Below, piece by piece: positions 17,446-27,210 of a DNA stretch of 32,040 nucleotides. The translations under genes were made by a program, and so were the position numbers. This stretch comes from an uncultured Hyphomonadaceae bacterium (GTDB lineage: Bacteria > Pseudomonadota > Alphaproteobacteria > Caulobacterales > Hyphomonadaceae), in contig CALMWO010000325.1 of assembly GCA_937873805.1 (NCBI GenBank), positions 1 to 32,040 of the forward strand, given 5' to 3'. The number at the start of each line of letters is the position of its first letter. Within the stretch, counting starts at the first letter, position 1. The notes beneath the pieces are model-generated. The model had not been told where the DNA came from and did not search any database. It saw only the letters and a list, made by a program, of their open reading frames with translations.

Positions 17446-18672
17446 GTGGACGGCAAGCGCATCCTTCTCATCGTTGGCGGCGGTATCGCAGCCTACAAGT
17501 CGCTGGAGCTGATCCGGCTGCTCGCGAAGGATGGCATCGCAACGCGCGTGATCCTGACGAAGGCGGGCGCCGAATTCGTGACGCCGCTGTCGCTGGGCTC
17601 GCTCTCGGGCGACAAGGTCTATCAGGAGCTCTTCAGCCTCACCGACGAAGCCGAGATGGGCCATATCGAGCTGTCGCGCTCGGCCGATCTCGTCGTCGTG
17701 GCGCCTGCCACGGCTGACCTTATGGCGAAGGCCGCGAATGGCCTCGCCAACGATCTTGCGTCCACAACTCTGCTGGCCACCGACAAGCCGGTGCTGATGG
17801 TTCCGGCCATGAACGTGCGCATGTGGGAACACGCGGCGACGAAGCGCAATGTCGCGCAGCTTCAGGCCGACGGCGTCCACGTCATGACGCCTGATGTTGG
17901 CCCGATGGCGTGCGGCGAATTCGGCCCCGGCCGCCTGCCTGAGCCAGACCGCATCGCCGCGCAGATCCGCAAGCTTCTGTCGTCCCCCACCGGCGTTGGT
18001 CCTCTCTCCGGTTTCCGCGCCGTCGTGACTGCCGGTCCGACACGCGAGCCGCTCGATCCGGTCCGGTTCATTTCCAATCACTCGTCAGGCAAGCAGGGCT
18101 ATGCAATCGCGGACGCCCTCGCTCGTCTCGGCGCCGACGTGCGTCTCGTGACCGGACCGACACAGCTCCCGATTCCCGACGGCGTCACCGGCGTGAAAAT
18201 CGAAACCGCCATCGAGATGCAGGATGCGGTGAAAGCCAGCCTGCCTGCGGACATCTTCGTCTCGGTTGCCGCCGTGGCCGACTGGCGCCCCGCGACACGC
18301 GCCCACACAAAGCTGAAGCTCAAAGGCAGCGAGCCTGAGAATGTCGCGCTGAAGCTGGTCGAGAACCCAGACATCCTGAAATCGATCGGTACGAAAAAGA
18401 AGGGCCGCCCTCGCCTCGTGGTCGGTTTCGCGGCCGAGACCAACGACGTCGAAAAACACGCCAGGGCCAAGCTGGGCCGCAAGGGCTGCGACTGGATCAT
18501 CGCCAACGACGTCTCGGGCGATGTGATGGGCGGCGCCGACAACGAAGTGCTGCTCGTGTCGAAGTCCGGCACGGAACGCTGGCCGCGCATGAGCAAGGCT
18601 GCCGTCGCCATGCGCCTCGCCGAGCGGATCGCCGAGGTTTTCCACGACCCCGAAACCAGCGCGGCGGAATAG
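17446..18672 (+). CDS. coaBC: bifunctional phosphopantothenoylcysteine decarboxylase / phosphopantothenate-cysteine ligase
   Basis: The product carries ILLIVGGGIAAYKS, PAMNVRMWEH and ISNHSSGKQGYAIA. I chose the GTG at 17446 because GGAG lies 8 nt upstream. The track ORF opens on a TTG at 17422. Confidence 0.9.
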   Translation: MDGKRILLIVGGGIAAYKSLELIRLLAKDGIATRVILTKAGAEFVTPLSLGSLSGDKVYQELFSLTDEAEMGHIELSRSADLVVVAPATADLMAKAANGLANDLASTTLLATDKPVLMVPAMNVRMWEHAATKRNVAQLQADGVHVMTPDVGPMACGEFGPGRLPEPDRIAAQIRKLLSSPTGVGPLSGFRAVVTAGPTREPLDPVRFISNHSSGKQGYAIADALARLGADVRLVTGPTQLPIPDGVTGVKIETAIEMQDAVKASLPADIFVSVAAVADWRPATRAHTKLKLKGSEPENVALKLVENPDILKSIGTKKKGRPRLVVGFAAETNDVEKHARAKLGRKGCDWIIANDVSGDVMGGADNEVLLVSKSGTERWPRMSKAAVAMRLAERIAEVFHDPETSAAE

Positions 18673-18722
18673 CGCGGGCGGTGGATATGGCCTAGAGCGC
18701 CGCCAGCTCCTAGGTCACTCCC

Positions 18723-19007
18723 ATGATCCGCCATATCGTCTTTTTCACCCTGAAAGACCCGCGCGAGGCGCAGGAGATCATCGGGCATCTGAAACGCCTC
18801 GGAACCATTCCGGGCTCGACGCTTTTCGAGGTCACGCAAAACCGCAAGGCGGACCTTTTCGGCAATGAGATCGACGTGGTGGTCTATGCCGAGTTCCCGC
18901 ACATCGATGCGCTGCACGCCTACAAGAAACACCCGACCTACATGGATGTGACCGACACCGTCCGCCCACGCCGCGAACTGCGCTTTGCAGCAGACGTCGA
19001 GGCCTGA
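18723..19007 (+). CDS. Dabb (stress-responsive alpha/beta-barrel) family protein
   Basis: The 94-aa product starts MIRHIVFFTLKD and contains HAYKKHPTYMDV, typical of the Dabb domain. Confidence 0.85.
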   Translation: MIRHIVFFTLKDPREAQEIIGHLKRLGTIPGSTLFEVTQNRKADLFGNEIDVVVYAEFPHIDALHAYKKHPTYMDVTDTVRPRRELRFAADVEA

Positions 19008-19088
19008 TCGATCTGTGGACAGCGGGCGGCGGCGCTCGCCCCTGACGGCTCCCTGCGCTAGTCATGGCGTCCTTAGCGGAGCCAGCCG

Positions 19089-19541
19089 ATGACCGTCACC
19101 ATTCACGTTGCACCCCTGCCGCATTTTGAAGGGCTGGCGCTCCCTGCCTATGAGACGGCCGATGCCGCCGGCATGGACCTGCGCGCCGCCGTGCCGGATG
19201 GCGAGCCGCTGACGCTCGCGCCGGGTCATCGCGCCATGGTGCCGACCGGCCTCACCATCGCGCTGCCTGCGGGCCACGAAGCGCAGGTGCGTCCGCGCTC
19301 TGGCCTTGCCGCCAAGCATGGCGTCACCTGCCTCAACTCGCCCGGCACGATCGACGCGGACTACCGCGGCGAGGTGAAAGTGATCCTGATCAATCACGGA
19401 CAGGAGCCGTTCGTGATCAAGCGCGGCGAACGCATCGCGCAGATGGTGATTGCGCCGGTGACGCGCGGCGAGCTGAAGGTCGTGTCGTCGCTGGACGAAA
19501 CACAGCGCGGCGCCGGCGGCTTCGGGTCAACCGGCCGCTAG
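19089..19541 (+). CDS. dut: dUTP diphosphatase
   Basis: The product carries [37 protein letters not shown] and [14 protein letters not shown] lies 7 nt upstream of the ATG. Confidence 0.95.
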   Translation: MTVTIHVAPLPHFEGLALPAYETADAAGMDLRAAVPDGEPLTLAPGHRAMVPTGLTIALPAGHEAQVRPRSGLAAKHGVTCLNSPGTIDADYRGEVKVILINHGQEPFVIKRGERIAQMVIAPVTRGELKVVSSLDETQRGAGGFGSTGR

Positions 19542-20887
19542 CCTTTGAGATTCAGCTGCGGCTTGGCCATTTCGGCAAGCAGGAAATGCTCGGTATCGCT
19601 GACCGTTTCCAGACCGCCGAAATCGAAGGCCGAGCGATCGATGATGATGTCGCGCGGGCGCAGCTGGCGTGACAGCTCCAGGCCTTCCAGCGACCGGCAA
19701 CGCGAGAACGCCACATACGCCTGGCCGTGGGCGAACATGCCCCGGTCGAAATCGATGTGGACGCGATCGAGCGTCATGCCCTGGCTCTTGTGGATCGTGG
19801 TCGCGTAGGCAAGGCGCAGCGGCAACTGCTTGAATGATCCGACCACAGATCGCGAAACCGACTTGGCGTTCGCATCGAACTCGTAGCGGAATTTTTCCCA
19901 CGCCTGCTGGGAAACGCGATGCGTCTCGCCATTGATCTTCACATAGCAATCGCTTTCGCCCAGCCCCTGCACGACGCCGAGTGATCCGTTGACCCATCGC
20001 CCCGATGGATCGTTGCGGATCATCATCACGCGTGCGCCCTGCTTCAGCTCCAGCACTTCTTCCGTCGGAAACGCCTTCGGCTCGAAATTGCCTTCAAGCG
20101 CAGCCGTGTATCCGCGCGCCGGGCCCGGCAGTTCAGCCAGGCGCAACTGGTTGATCTTCCACGCGGCGGCGTTGTTCGGCGTCAGCACGACATGCGTGAT
20201 GCTGGCTTCCGCCGACGTGCGCGTCGAGACGCGCGTCTGCAGGATCTCCTCGTCCTCCTTCGTCAGCCGCGCATTGCGCAGGCCATTGAGGATGCGGATG
20301 AACGCTTCGTCCTCCTGCCGGAAAATGCGCTTCAGCGCCGCGAGGCGGAACTGCCCCGCAACAAAGCCCGGCGCTTTGAAGAACCACGCGCCGCCATAGC
20401 TCTCCTGCAGTATATGCTCGACATCTGCGCCGACGACCGGCGGCAACTGGTGCAGATCGCCCGACAGGATCATGCGCACGCCGCCGAACGGCCGCTTGTC
20501 AGCTCGGTTTAGCCGAAGAGAATTATCAATCGCCTGCATCATGTCCGCGCGCACCATCGACACCTCGTCGATCACCATCGTCTCGATGGCTTTGACGAGA
20601 CGCTGATTACGAATTTTCTTGGTGTCGCCTGCATCGAGCAGTCGCGGCGGAAAATTGAAGAAGGAATGGATCGTCTGGCCGCCGACATTCACCGCCGCTA
20701 GCCCGGTCGGCGCCAGCACCACAGCCTTCTCCAGCGAGTTGAATATCAACTGACGCAACAGCGTCGTCTTCCCCGTGCCTGCCCGGCCCGTGAGGAACAC
20801 ATTGCGCCGTCCGCCCACGATCTCATCGACCAGCGGCGCATAGACGTTGGAGGTGGGCTCCGTTGTCACCGGCGCGGGCCGTCCCAT
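19538..20887 (-). CDS. PIF1/RecD-like SF1B DNA helicase (AAA ATPase)
   Basis: The product has Walker [10 protein letters not shown], Walker [18 protein letters not shown], and the C-terminal motifs [13 protein letters not shown] and [12 protein letters not shown]. The start is uncertain. I prefer the ATG at 20887, because the ATG at 20941 would overlap the divergent moeB-family start. Its stop overlaps the dut stop (CTAG). Confidence 0.8.
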   Translation of the reverse strand: MGRPAPVTTEPTSNVYAPLVDEIVGGRRNVFLTGRAGTGKTTLLRQLIFNSLEKAVVLAPTGLAAVNVGGQTIHSFFNFPPRLLDAGDTKKIRNQRLVKAIETMVIDEVSMVRADMMQAIDNSLRLNRADKRPFGGVRMILSGDLHQLPPVVGADVEHILQESYGGAWFFKAPGFVAGQFRLAALKRIFRQEDEAFIRILNGLRNARLTKEDEEILQTRVSTRTSAEASITHVVLTPNNAAAWKINQLRLAELPGPARGYTAALEGNFEPKAFPTEEVLELKQGARVMMIRNDPSGRWVNGSLGVVQGLGESDCYVKINGETHRVSQQAWEKFRYEFDANAKSVSRSVVGSFKQLPLRLAYATTIHKSQGMTLDRVHIDFDRGMFAHGQAYVAFSRCRSLEGLELSRQLRPRDIIIDRSAFDFGGLETVSDTEHFLLAEMAKPQLNLKG

Positions 20888-20939
20888 TGTACAACTGCGT
20901 CGGCCATGATTTCTGCTCCGGGAGGATTGAGCGCAGATC

Positions 20940-21710
20940 ATGAGTCTAACGCCCGAACAACTGGAACGCTACGCCCGGCACATCATGCTGCGCGAGATCG
21001 GCGGGCCGGGTCAGCAGAAGCTGTTGAATGCCCATGTGGCGCTGGTCGGCCTGGGCGCTCTCGGCGGCCCTGCGGCGCTTTATCTTGCAGCAGCCGGCGT
21101 CGGCTCGCTGACCCTGATCGACGACGACATTGTCTCGCTGTCCAACCTGCAGCGGCAGGTTCTGTTCATTGGCGGCGATGTTGGCCGGCCCAAGACCGAA
21201 GCAGGCGGCGCCCGGCTGACCGGACTGAACTCCGGCACAACGATACACGCGAAGCGCGAGCGCCTCGGCGCGGCCAACGCGGCCGCGCTTTTGTCTGGCG
21301 CCCAGATCGTCATCGATGGATCGGACAGCTTCGCCACGCGCTTCGAGGTCAACGTCGCGTGCCATGAACTGGGATTGCCGCTCGTCTCCGGCGCAGTCGG
21401 GCGGTGGAGCGCGCAGCTATCCGTATTCAAGTCCGGCCTCTCGAAAGGCAGGCCCGCCGGCGAACGCCTGCCCTGCTATCGTTGCCTCGTCGCCGAGATG
21501 CCCGAGACGGAGGAGACCTGCGCCGCCGTCGGCGTTGTCGGCCCACTCACCGGCATTGTCGGCGCACGCCTCGCACTGGAAGCGATCAAGGAGATTACCG
21601 GCGCTGGTCAGTCGATAGCCGGCAACGTCTGGCTGTTCGACGGGCTGAGCGGCGACAGCCGCACGGTCAAACTGTCCGCCGACCCCGCCTGCCCGGTCTG
21701 CAGCGCCTGA
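20940..21710 (+). CDS. HesA/MoeB/ThiF-family adenylyltransferase (E1-like)
   Basis: The product carries LERYARHIMLREIGGPGQQKL, VGLGALGGPAALYLAAAGVG and DDDIVSLSNLQRQ. It also has the two CxxC pairs CYRC and CPVC. Confidence 0.85.
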   Translation: MSLTPEQLERYARHIMLREIGGPGQQKLLNAHVALVGLGALGGPAALYLAAAGVGSLTLIDDDIVSLSNLQRQVLFIGGDVGRPKTEAGGARLTGLNSGTTIHAKRERLGAANAAALLSGAQIVIDGSDSFATRFEVNVACHELGLPLVSGAVGRWSAQLSVFKSGLSKGRPAGERLPCYRCLVAEMPETEETCAAVGVVGPLTGIVGARLALEAIKEITGAGQSIAGNVWLFDGLSGDSRTVKLSADPACPVCSA

Positions 21711-21711
21711 T

Positions 21712-22677
21712 CTACTTCTTCAGCTCGGCGTAGATCACGGTGGTGTAGGTGTCGTCGCTTCCTGCCGCGCTGCCAAAGCGGGGCGTCCACTGCGCCAGCG
21801 GCTTCGCCGCAACGGTCTCTTCCAGCGTCTTGCCGGATTTCACCAGCGCCTCGACTGCGGCGCGCGCACCTTTGTGCATGTCGAGCGCCGCCTGGAGATC
21901 GGCTTTGGTCGCCAGCTCGCCATGGCCGGGGATCACCTTCGTGTTCGGCCCGGCGATCGACAGCGCCTTCTCGATCGCTGCGATGAACCCAGCCTGCGTG
22001 CCGCCCGACCCGGTATCCACGAACGGATAGCGATCCTTCATGTAGGTGTCGCCCGTATGCAACACGTCTGCCTCGACAAAGTAGATCAGCGTGTCGCCGT
22101 CCGTATGCGCAGGCAGCGGCGCACGCACCGCACGGATCGTCTGCCCGTTGAGATGAAAGTCGATGCCATCGACGAACGTCACCACCGGCAGCGCCGATTT
22201 CGCCGCCGGCACGGCTGGCGCGCCACGCGACTGCGACGGGATCTCGCCCGTCAGCCGCTTGCGCACCTTGTCGCTCGCAAAGATCGTCGCGCCGGCCTTG
22301 CCGAACACCTCGTTCCCGCCGGCATGGTCGAAATGCCAGTGCGTGTTGATCAGGTATTTCGGCTTGCCCTTGGTCAGCTCCTCGATCTTGGCGAGGTTGA
22401 CCTCTGCGTTGGTGGCGAACTGATCGTCGATCAGGAACACGCCGTCATCGCCAACACTGAGACCCAAGTTTCCGCCCGCGCCGATCAGCATGGACACGCC
22501 CTGCCCAAGATCGACCACGCGCGCGAAAGCCTGCGTATTCGCTGCCGGCGCCGGAGCAGCTGGCGGCGCTGCCGCAGCAGCAACCGGAGCTGCAGGCGCC
22601 TCGGCGGTCTCCGTCGTCGCGCATCCCATCAGAGCCAGCGCGGCAACACTCGTGAGAAAAAGAACCCGCATCATCAT
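21712..22677 (-). CDS. exported MBL-fold metallo-hydrolase (lipoprotein), paralog 1
   Basis: The product has a signal peptide with lipobox LMGC. It carries the metal motifs HWHFDHAGGN (HxHxDH), AHTDGD, HTGD and IPGHGE. Its ATG lies 3 nt after the stop of the upstream paralog. Confidence 0.85.
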   Translation of the reverse strand: MMMRVLFLTSVAALALMGCATTETAEAPAAPVAAAAAPPAAPAPAANTQAFARVVDLGQGVSMLIGAGGNLGLSVGDDGVFLIDDQFATNAEVNLAKIEELTKGKPKYLINTHWHFDHAGGNEVFGKAGATIFASDKVRKRLTGEIPSQSRGAPAVPAAKSALPVVTFVDGIDFHLNGQTIRAVRAPLPAHTDGDTLIYFVEADVLHTGDTYMKDRYPFVDTGSGGTQAGFIAAIEKALSIAGPNTKVIPGHGELATKADLQAALDMHKGARAAVEALVKSGKTLEETVAAKPLAQWTPRFGSAAGSDDTYTTVIYAELKK

Positions 22678-22680
22678 CCC

Positions 22681-23568
22681 CTACTTCTTCAAGCCATTGT
22701 ACAGGATCGTCGTGAAGCGATCCTCGTTGATGAAGCTCCACGCGAACGCCTTCCATGGCGTCAGCGGCTTCTTCGCGATCGCCTGCTCCAGCGTATCTTT
22801 CGCCTTGATCCGCGCCTCGACTGCCTTGATGGCGCCCTCCAGCATCGCGATCTGCTTCGCCAGATCCGCCTTCGTGGCAATCTCGCCATGCCCGGGAATG
22901 ATGCGCGTCTTGTCGTCCACCATTCCGTAGATCTCTTTCATCGCTTCCAGATAGCCCGTCACCGATCCACCCGAACCAACATCGATGACCGGGAACAGGC
23001 CGTTGAACATGATATCCCCGGTGTGGAGAATGTTCGGCTCCACGAAGCGCACGATGGAGTCCCCGTCCGTGTGCGAGGACCGCATCTTCGTCACCACGAT
23101 CTGGGCGCCGTTCAGATGGAAATCCACGCCCTCATGGAAGGTGATGACCGGCCACGCCGGTGCGGGCGACGCAGCCGCCGGCTTCCCGTCCAGTCCCAGC
23201 GATGCAACCTCGCCCGTCAGCCGCTTGCGGACATTCTCGTGCGCAAAGATCGTCGCACCTGCTTTCGCGAACGTCTCGTTCCCGCCCGCATGATCCGAAT
23301 GCCAGTGCGTGTTGAGCAGGTAGCGCGGAGCGCCTTTCGCAATCTCGTTGACCTTGGCGAGGTTCGCCGCCGCCGAGTTCGCATACTGGTCATCTATCAC
23401 GAACACCCCGTCCACCCCGGCCGACACGGCGATATTCCCGCCCGTCCCGAAGATGACCTGGATGCCGCCGCCCATGTCCGTGACTTTCGGCGCCGGCGGA
23501 TTGTTCTGCGCCCACGCGCTTCCAGCAGCAGAGAACGCGACGGCAAGTCCGATAGCGAAAAGTCTCAT
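22681..23568 (-). CDS. exported MBL-fold metallo-hydrolase, paralog 2
   Basis: The product has a Sec signal MRLFAIGLAVAFSAAGSAWA/QN. It carries HWHSDHAGGN, SHTDGD, HTGD and IPGHGE. By eye it is roughly half identical to paralog 1 along its whole length. AGGGGG lies upstream of the ATG at 23568. Confidence 0.85.
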   Translation of the reverse strand: MRLFAIGLAVAFSAAGSAWAQNNPPAPKVTDMGGGIQVIFGTGGNIAVSAGVDGVFVIDDQYANSAAANLAKVNEIAKGAPRYLLNTHWHSDHAGGNETFAKAGATIFAHENVRKRLTGEVASLGLDGKPAAASPAPAWPVITFHEGVDFHLNGAQIVVTKMRSSHTDGDSIVRFVEPNILHTGDIMFNGLFPVIDVGSGGSVTGYLEAMKEIYGMVDDKTRIIPGHGEIATKADLAKQIAMLEGAIKAVEARIKAKDTLEQAIAKKPLTPWKAFAWSFINEDRFTTILYNGLKK

Positions 23569-23695
23569 GCCGCTTACCCCCTGATGTTTGCTCCAGAAGA
23601 GGCCCAGCCGCCGGCCAGTTCAAGCGAAAAACACTAACCATTGCGCGCACCATGGCTCACGCTACGGTCCGTCACGGACGGATGGAGCGCCTCAG

Positions 23696-25969
23696 ATGAA
23701 ATCGAAAGTCCTTGCCGCGACCGCGCTTCTCGCGCTTGCGGCCTGCACCCCATCCTCGGCCCCCGCCGCATCGCACGCCTTCAGCGCCGAGATCCGCCGC
23801 ACAGCCTATGGCGTGCCGCACATCAAGGCCGACGATTTCGGCGGCATCGGTTTCGGCTTCGGCTATGCCAGCGCGCAGGACAATCTCTGCGAAATCCTCG
23901 ACCGCATGCTAACCGTCCGCGCCGAGCGCGCCCGCTATCTCGGACCCGGCGAGGACGACGCCAACATCGCCAGCGACGTCTACCACCAGCGTGTCAATCA
24001 GGCGGGCGATTCCGAAAAACTCCTCGCCGGTCCCGCCTCTTCCGTCGACACGCCCTCGGCAGACGCACGCGCAATCACCGCAGGCTATGTCGCCGGCCTC
24101 AACAAGTTTATCCGCGAGAAAGGCGCCGCGATCACCGATCCGCGCTGCAAGGGCCAGCCATGGGTGCAGCCCATCGATGAGATCGACTTCTGGCGCCACA
24201 TGTATGTCGGCCAGACGATCGACGGCTTCATCGCCCCCACCACCAGCGCCGCGCCGCCCTCGGCGGAGCACGCATCTCTCAGCCGCGATGCCTACATCAA
24301 CGAAGTCGATCTCGGCTCGAATGCTTATGGCTTAGGGCGTGAAGTGACCAAGGGCGGCAAAGGCATGGTGCTCGGCAACCCGCACTATCCGTGGGACGGC
24401 CCCAACCGCTTCTACCGCACGCACTTCATCATTCCGGGCAAGCTCAACATCGTCGGCGTCTCCTACATCGGCATGCCGCTCATCCGCATGGGCCACACCG
24501 AAAACATCGCGTGGAGCAACACCGTCTCCACCGCCAAGCGCTTCGGCTATTACGAACTCACGCTTGATCCCGCCGACCCGACGAAATACATCTATGAAGG
24601 CCAACCCGTCGCCATGGATCGCACCGAGGTGACGGTGCAGGTCCTCCGTGATGGCAAGCTGCAGCCCGAAACCCGCACGCTCTATTCCACGCGCTGGGGC
24701 AATGTCGTCTCATCGACCACCTACCCGTGGACCGCAACCACAGCCTTCGCCCTGCGCACGCCCCGCGTCGGCCTGCGCGATGTCGACCAGTACATGGCCG
24801 TCTGGCAGTCGAAGTCCGTGCGCGAGCTGCAAACCGCGCTCGGCAAGTACCAGTCCTACCGCTTCAACACGACCGCAGCCGATAGCACCGGCGAAGCGCT
24901 CTACGGCGATCTCGGCATGATCCCGAACGTGCCGCGCGAACTCGCCGACGCCTGCTCGAAGTCCGACTTCGCCCGCCAGCAATGGACGAAGGAACGCATC
25001 CCCGTCCTCGACGGCTCGCGCGCCGCCTGCGACTGGAAGACGGACGCAGATGCGACCGCGCCCGGCGTGTTCGGCCCCGCCGCCTCGCCCCATCTTTTCC
25101 GCACCGACTACGTCACGCAGAGCAATGACAGCTACTGGCTGACAAACCCGGCCCAACCGCTCGAAGGCTACAGCCCGATCTGGGGCGATGAAGCCACCAC
25201 GCGCTCCCTGCGCACACGCCTCGGCCTGATCCAGGTCGCAGACCGCGTCGCCGGAACCGACGGCCTCGGCGAACCCAAGTTCGACATCGGCACCCTGCAA
25301 AAGGTGATGTACGGCAACCGCCACTACGGCGCTGAACTCGTGCAAAAAGATCTCGCCAGGATCTGCATGACGTCCGCCCGCCCCAACATTCCCGCCGCCT
25401 GCAAAGCCATCGCGGAGTGGGACGGCAAGGTCGATCTCGACAGCCGCGGCGCGCACCTCTTTCATCTCTTCGCTGAAAACGGCGGCCTGAAATTCAAGGT
25501 CGCGTTCGATCCGAAGAACCCGGTCGCGACGCCCAACACGCTGGATACGTCAGACCCGAAAGTCCTCGAAGCCTTCGCCAGGGCCGTCGACAAACTCACC
25601 GAAATGGAAATCCCCGCCAACGCCCGCCTCGGCGACGTTCAACGCGAAACCCGCGGCGAAGAACGCATTCCGATCCACGGCGGCGCCGGCCCCGAAGGCG
25701 TCTTCAACGTCATCACCGTGGAAGACCTCGAGCCCAAACTCGGCTGGACCAGCATCCGCCATGGCGCAAGCTGGATCATGACGACGGAATTCACCGCCAA
25801 CGGTCCGGTGAGCCAGGGCATCCTCACCTATTCGGAATCAACGGACGCAACCTCGCCCCACCATTCCGACCAGACGCGCCTCTACTCGCAGAAAGGTTGG
25901 GACGATCTGCGCTTCACGGATGAAGCGGTGGAAGCCGGAACGGAAAGCCGCGAGACGATCAGCGAGTAG
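23696..25969 (+). CDS. penicillin-acylase-family Ntn hydrolase, PvdQ-like acyl-homoserine-lactone acylase (lipoprotein signal)
   Basis: GGAG lies 8 nt upstream of the ATG at 23696, and the product has a signal peptide with lipobox LAAC. The region IRRTAYGVPHIKADDFGGIGFGFGYASAQDN parallels PvdQ. A candidate autoprocessing nucleophile lies in DLGSNAYGLG. The length is 757 aa. Confidence 0.9.
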   Translation: MKSKVLAATALLALAACTPSSAPAASHAFSAEIRRTAYGVPHIKADDFGGIGFGFGYASAQDNLCEILDRMLTVRAERARYLGPGEDDANIASDVYHQRVNQAGDSEKLLAGPASSVDTPSADARAITAGYVAGLNKFIREKGAAITDPRCKGQPWVQPIDEIDFWRHMYVGQTIDGFIAPTTSAAPPSAEHASLSRDAYINEVDLGSNAYGLGREVTKGGKGMVLGNPHYPWDGPNRFYRTHFIIPGKLNIVGVSYIGMPLIRMGHTENIAWSNTVSTAKRFGYYELTLDPADPTKYIYEGQPVAMDRTEVTVQVLRDGKLQPETRTLYSTRWGNVVSSTTYPWTATTAFALRTPRVGLRDVDQYMAVWQSKSVRELQTALGKYQSYRFNTTAADSTGEALYGDLGMIPNVPRELADACSKSDFARQQWTKERIPVLDGSRAACDWKTDADATAPGVFGPAASPHLFRTDYVTQSNDSYWLTNPAQPLEGYSPIWGDEATTRSLRTRLGLIQVADRVAGTDGLGEPKFDIGTLQKVMYGNRHYGAELVQKDLARICMTSARPNIPAACKAIAEWDGKVDLDSRGAHLFHLFAENGGLKFKVAFDPKNPVATPNTLDTSDPKVLEAFARAVDKLTEMEIPANARLGDVQRETRGEERIPIHGGAGPEGVFNVITVEDLEPKLGWTSIRHGASWIMTTEFTANGPVSQGILTYSESTDATSPHHSDQTRLYSQKGWDDLRFTDEAVEAGTESRETISE

Positions 25970-25977
25970 GTACGCGC

Positions 25978-26421
25978 CTACTTAAGCTCTTCCGCAACGC
26001 AGCCGTCGCCTTCAAACGTCACGTCCTCAACGCGCCCGCCGCCCATCACAAAGCGGGTCGAACACGTCGAGCGATAGACACGGGGCGGTTGCCAGACCGG
26101 GAACGTCTCTTCGATCGTCTCGGTCTTCTGCTTGCCGTCCTTGTCGGTGAAGGTGCGTTTCACCTGCCGCGTCTCGTCGCGGTAGTAGCCGTCCTGCTCA
26201 TCCACGGTCGTCTTGGTGTAGCTCCACATCTCACGCCCGTTCGACATGCTCGAACGATTCTGCGGCGGGCCCCAACGCATCATGATGTCATCGCTCGCAC
26301 GACCCATCTCCATGCTCATGTGCTGGCGATAGCCCTCCTCGGTTGCGCAGGCGGAAATCGCCATGACGCAGGCGCCAAGCACCGCGAAGGCAAGCGTGCG
26401 GCCAGTGCGAAAAACCGTCAT
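25978..26421 (-). CDS. hypothetical lipoprotein
   Basis: GGAG lies 7 nt upstream of the ATG at 26421, and the product has a signal peptide with lipobox ISAC. The segment DIMMRWGPPQNRSSMSNGREMWSY is loosely BamE/SmpA-like. Beyond that, no domain was recognised. Confidence 0.65.
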   Translation of the reverse strand: MTVFRTGRTLAFAVLGACVMAISACATEEGYRQHMSMEMGRASDDIMMRWGPPQNRSSMSNGREMWSYTKTTVDEQDGYYRDETRQVKRTFTDKDGKQKTETIEETFPVWQPPRVYRSTCSTRFVMGGGRVEDVTFEGDGCVAEELK

Positions 26422-26522
26422 CGTCCCACTCCAGGTCCACCCCGGATCATCCCCGACCCCGGCTGAACCCAGATTGAATGAGACTGAAGCCCAATACCAG
26501 TCCCGGCTGGGCTATCGCCGCG

Positions 26523-27092
26523 TCAGTGCGATTGAAGACCGGCAGGATCTGACGGGCGCGGCAGATCGAGTGACGGCCGGCCGCTTGTATCGACCGGCGT
26601 CTGGGGCTGAACAACGACCGGCGGCGAAAGCTGTACGGGCTGAGGGCCGATCGGCACGGGCGGCGTGTAGGCTGGCGGCACATAGGCCGGAGGTGTCGGG
26701 GGCGGCGTCGGCGCAGACGCGATCACAGTCGGGGCTGACGCACCCTGCCCCGCGCCACGCGACGGAGCAGACGTAAGATCCGAACGGATAAACGCCTTCT
26801 GACCGTTCTTGAGAACGACCTGATACCAGTTCCAGTCAGGCAGACGCGCAATGCCGACCACGCTCAGCGCCAGCCCGGTGCTGCCGCTCGACAGAACCTG
26901 CGTCTGCGGCGTCGAGAACGGCTCGGCGCGCAGGCGCACGCCTGTGCCCTGGATCGTAACCTGCCCCGCGGGTGTGAACGGCTCGACCGTATAGCTGGCT
27001 TGCGCTGCTATCGGCTGGCCGGGAACCTGCGCCACCGCCGCGCCCGCAGAGGCCAGAGCCGCAGCAAAAACAGCGGAAACCACAACACGCAT
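26523..27092 (-). CDS. exported bacterial SH3-domain protein with Pro-rich C-terminal tail
   Basis: The ATG at 27092 has AGGTG upstream, and the product has a signal peptide MRVVVSAVFAAALASAGAAVA/Q. It has an SH3_3-like core VRLRAEPFSTPQTQVLSSGSTGLALSVVGIARLPDWNWYQVVLKNGQKAFIRSDL. A PPTPPAYVPPAYTPPVP tail follows. Confidence 0.7.
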   Translation of the reverse strand: MRVVVSAVFAAALASAGAAVAQVPGQPIAAQASYTVEPFTPAGQVTIQGTGVRLRAEPFSTPQTQVLSSGSTGLALSVVGIARLPDWNWYQVVLKNGQKAFIRSDLTSAPSRGAGQGASAPTVIASAPTPPPTPPAYVPPAYTPPVPIGPQPVQLSPPVVVQPQTPVDTSGRPSLDLPRPSDPAGLQSH

Positions 27093-27210
27093 CGGACTTA
27101 CACCTGATCGTTTCGTGGACGAAAGCTTGTCCACCCGCCTGTCACCCTGAGGGGCGACGGCGCCTAAACGATGGCGATCCTGAAGCAGGCTGCGCCTAAA
27201 GCGTTGCTGA

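Noticed and set aside
17347-18932. Minus-strand ORFs 17347..18081, 18085..18645 and 18099..18932
   Set aside because: They are antisense to coaBC and the Dabb gene. Their composition is Arg/Gly-rich and they show no motifs.
21874-23637. 587-codon ORF on the plus strand spanning both MBL genes
   Set aside because: It is antisense to two genes with clear HxHxDH MBL motifs and signal peptides. Its product is Arg-rich junk, so it is a shadow ORF.
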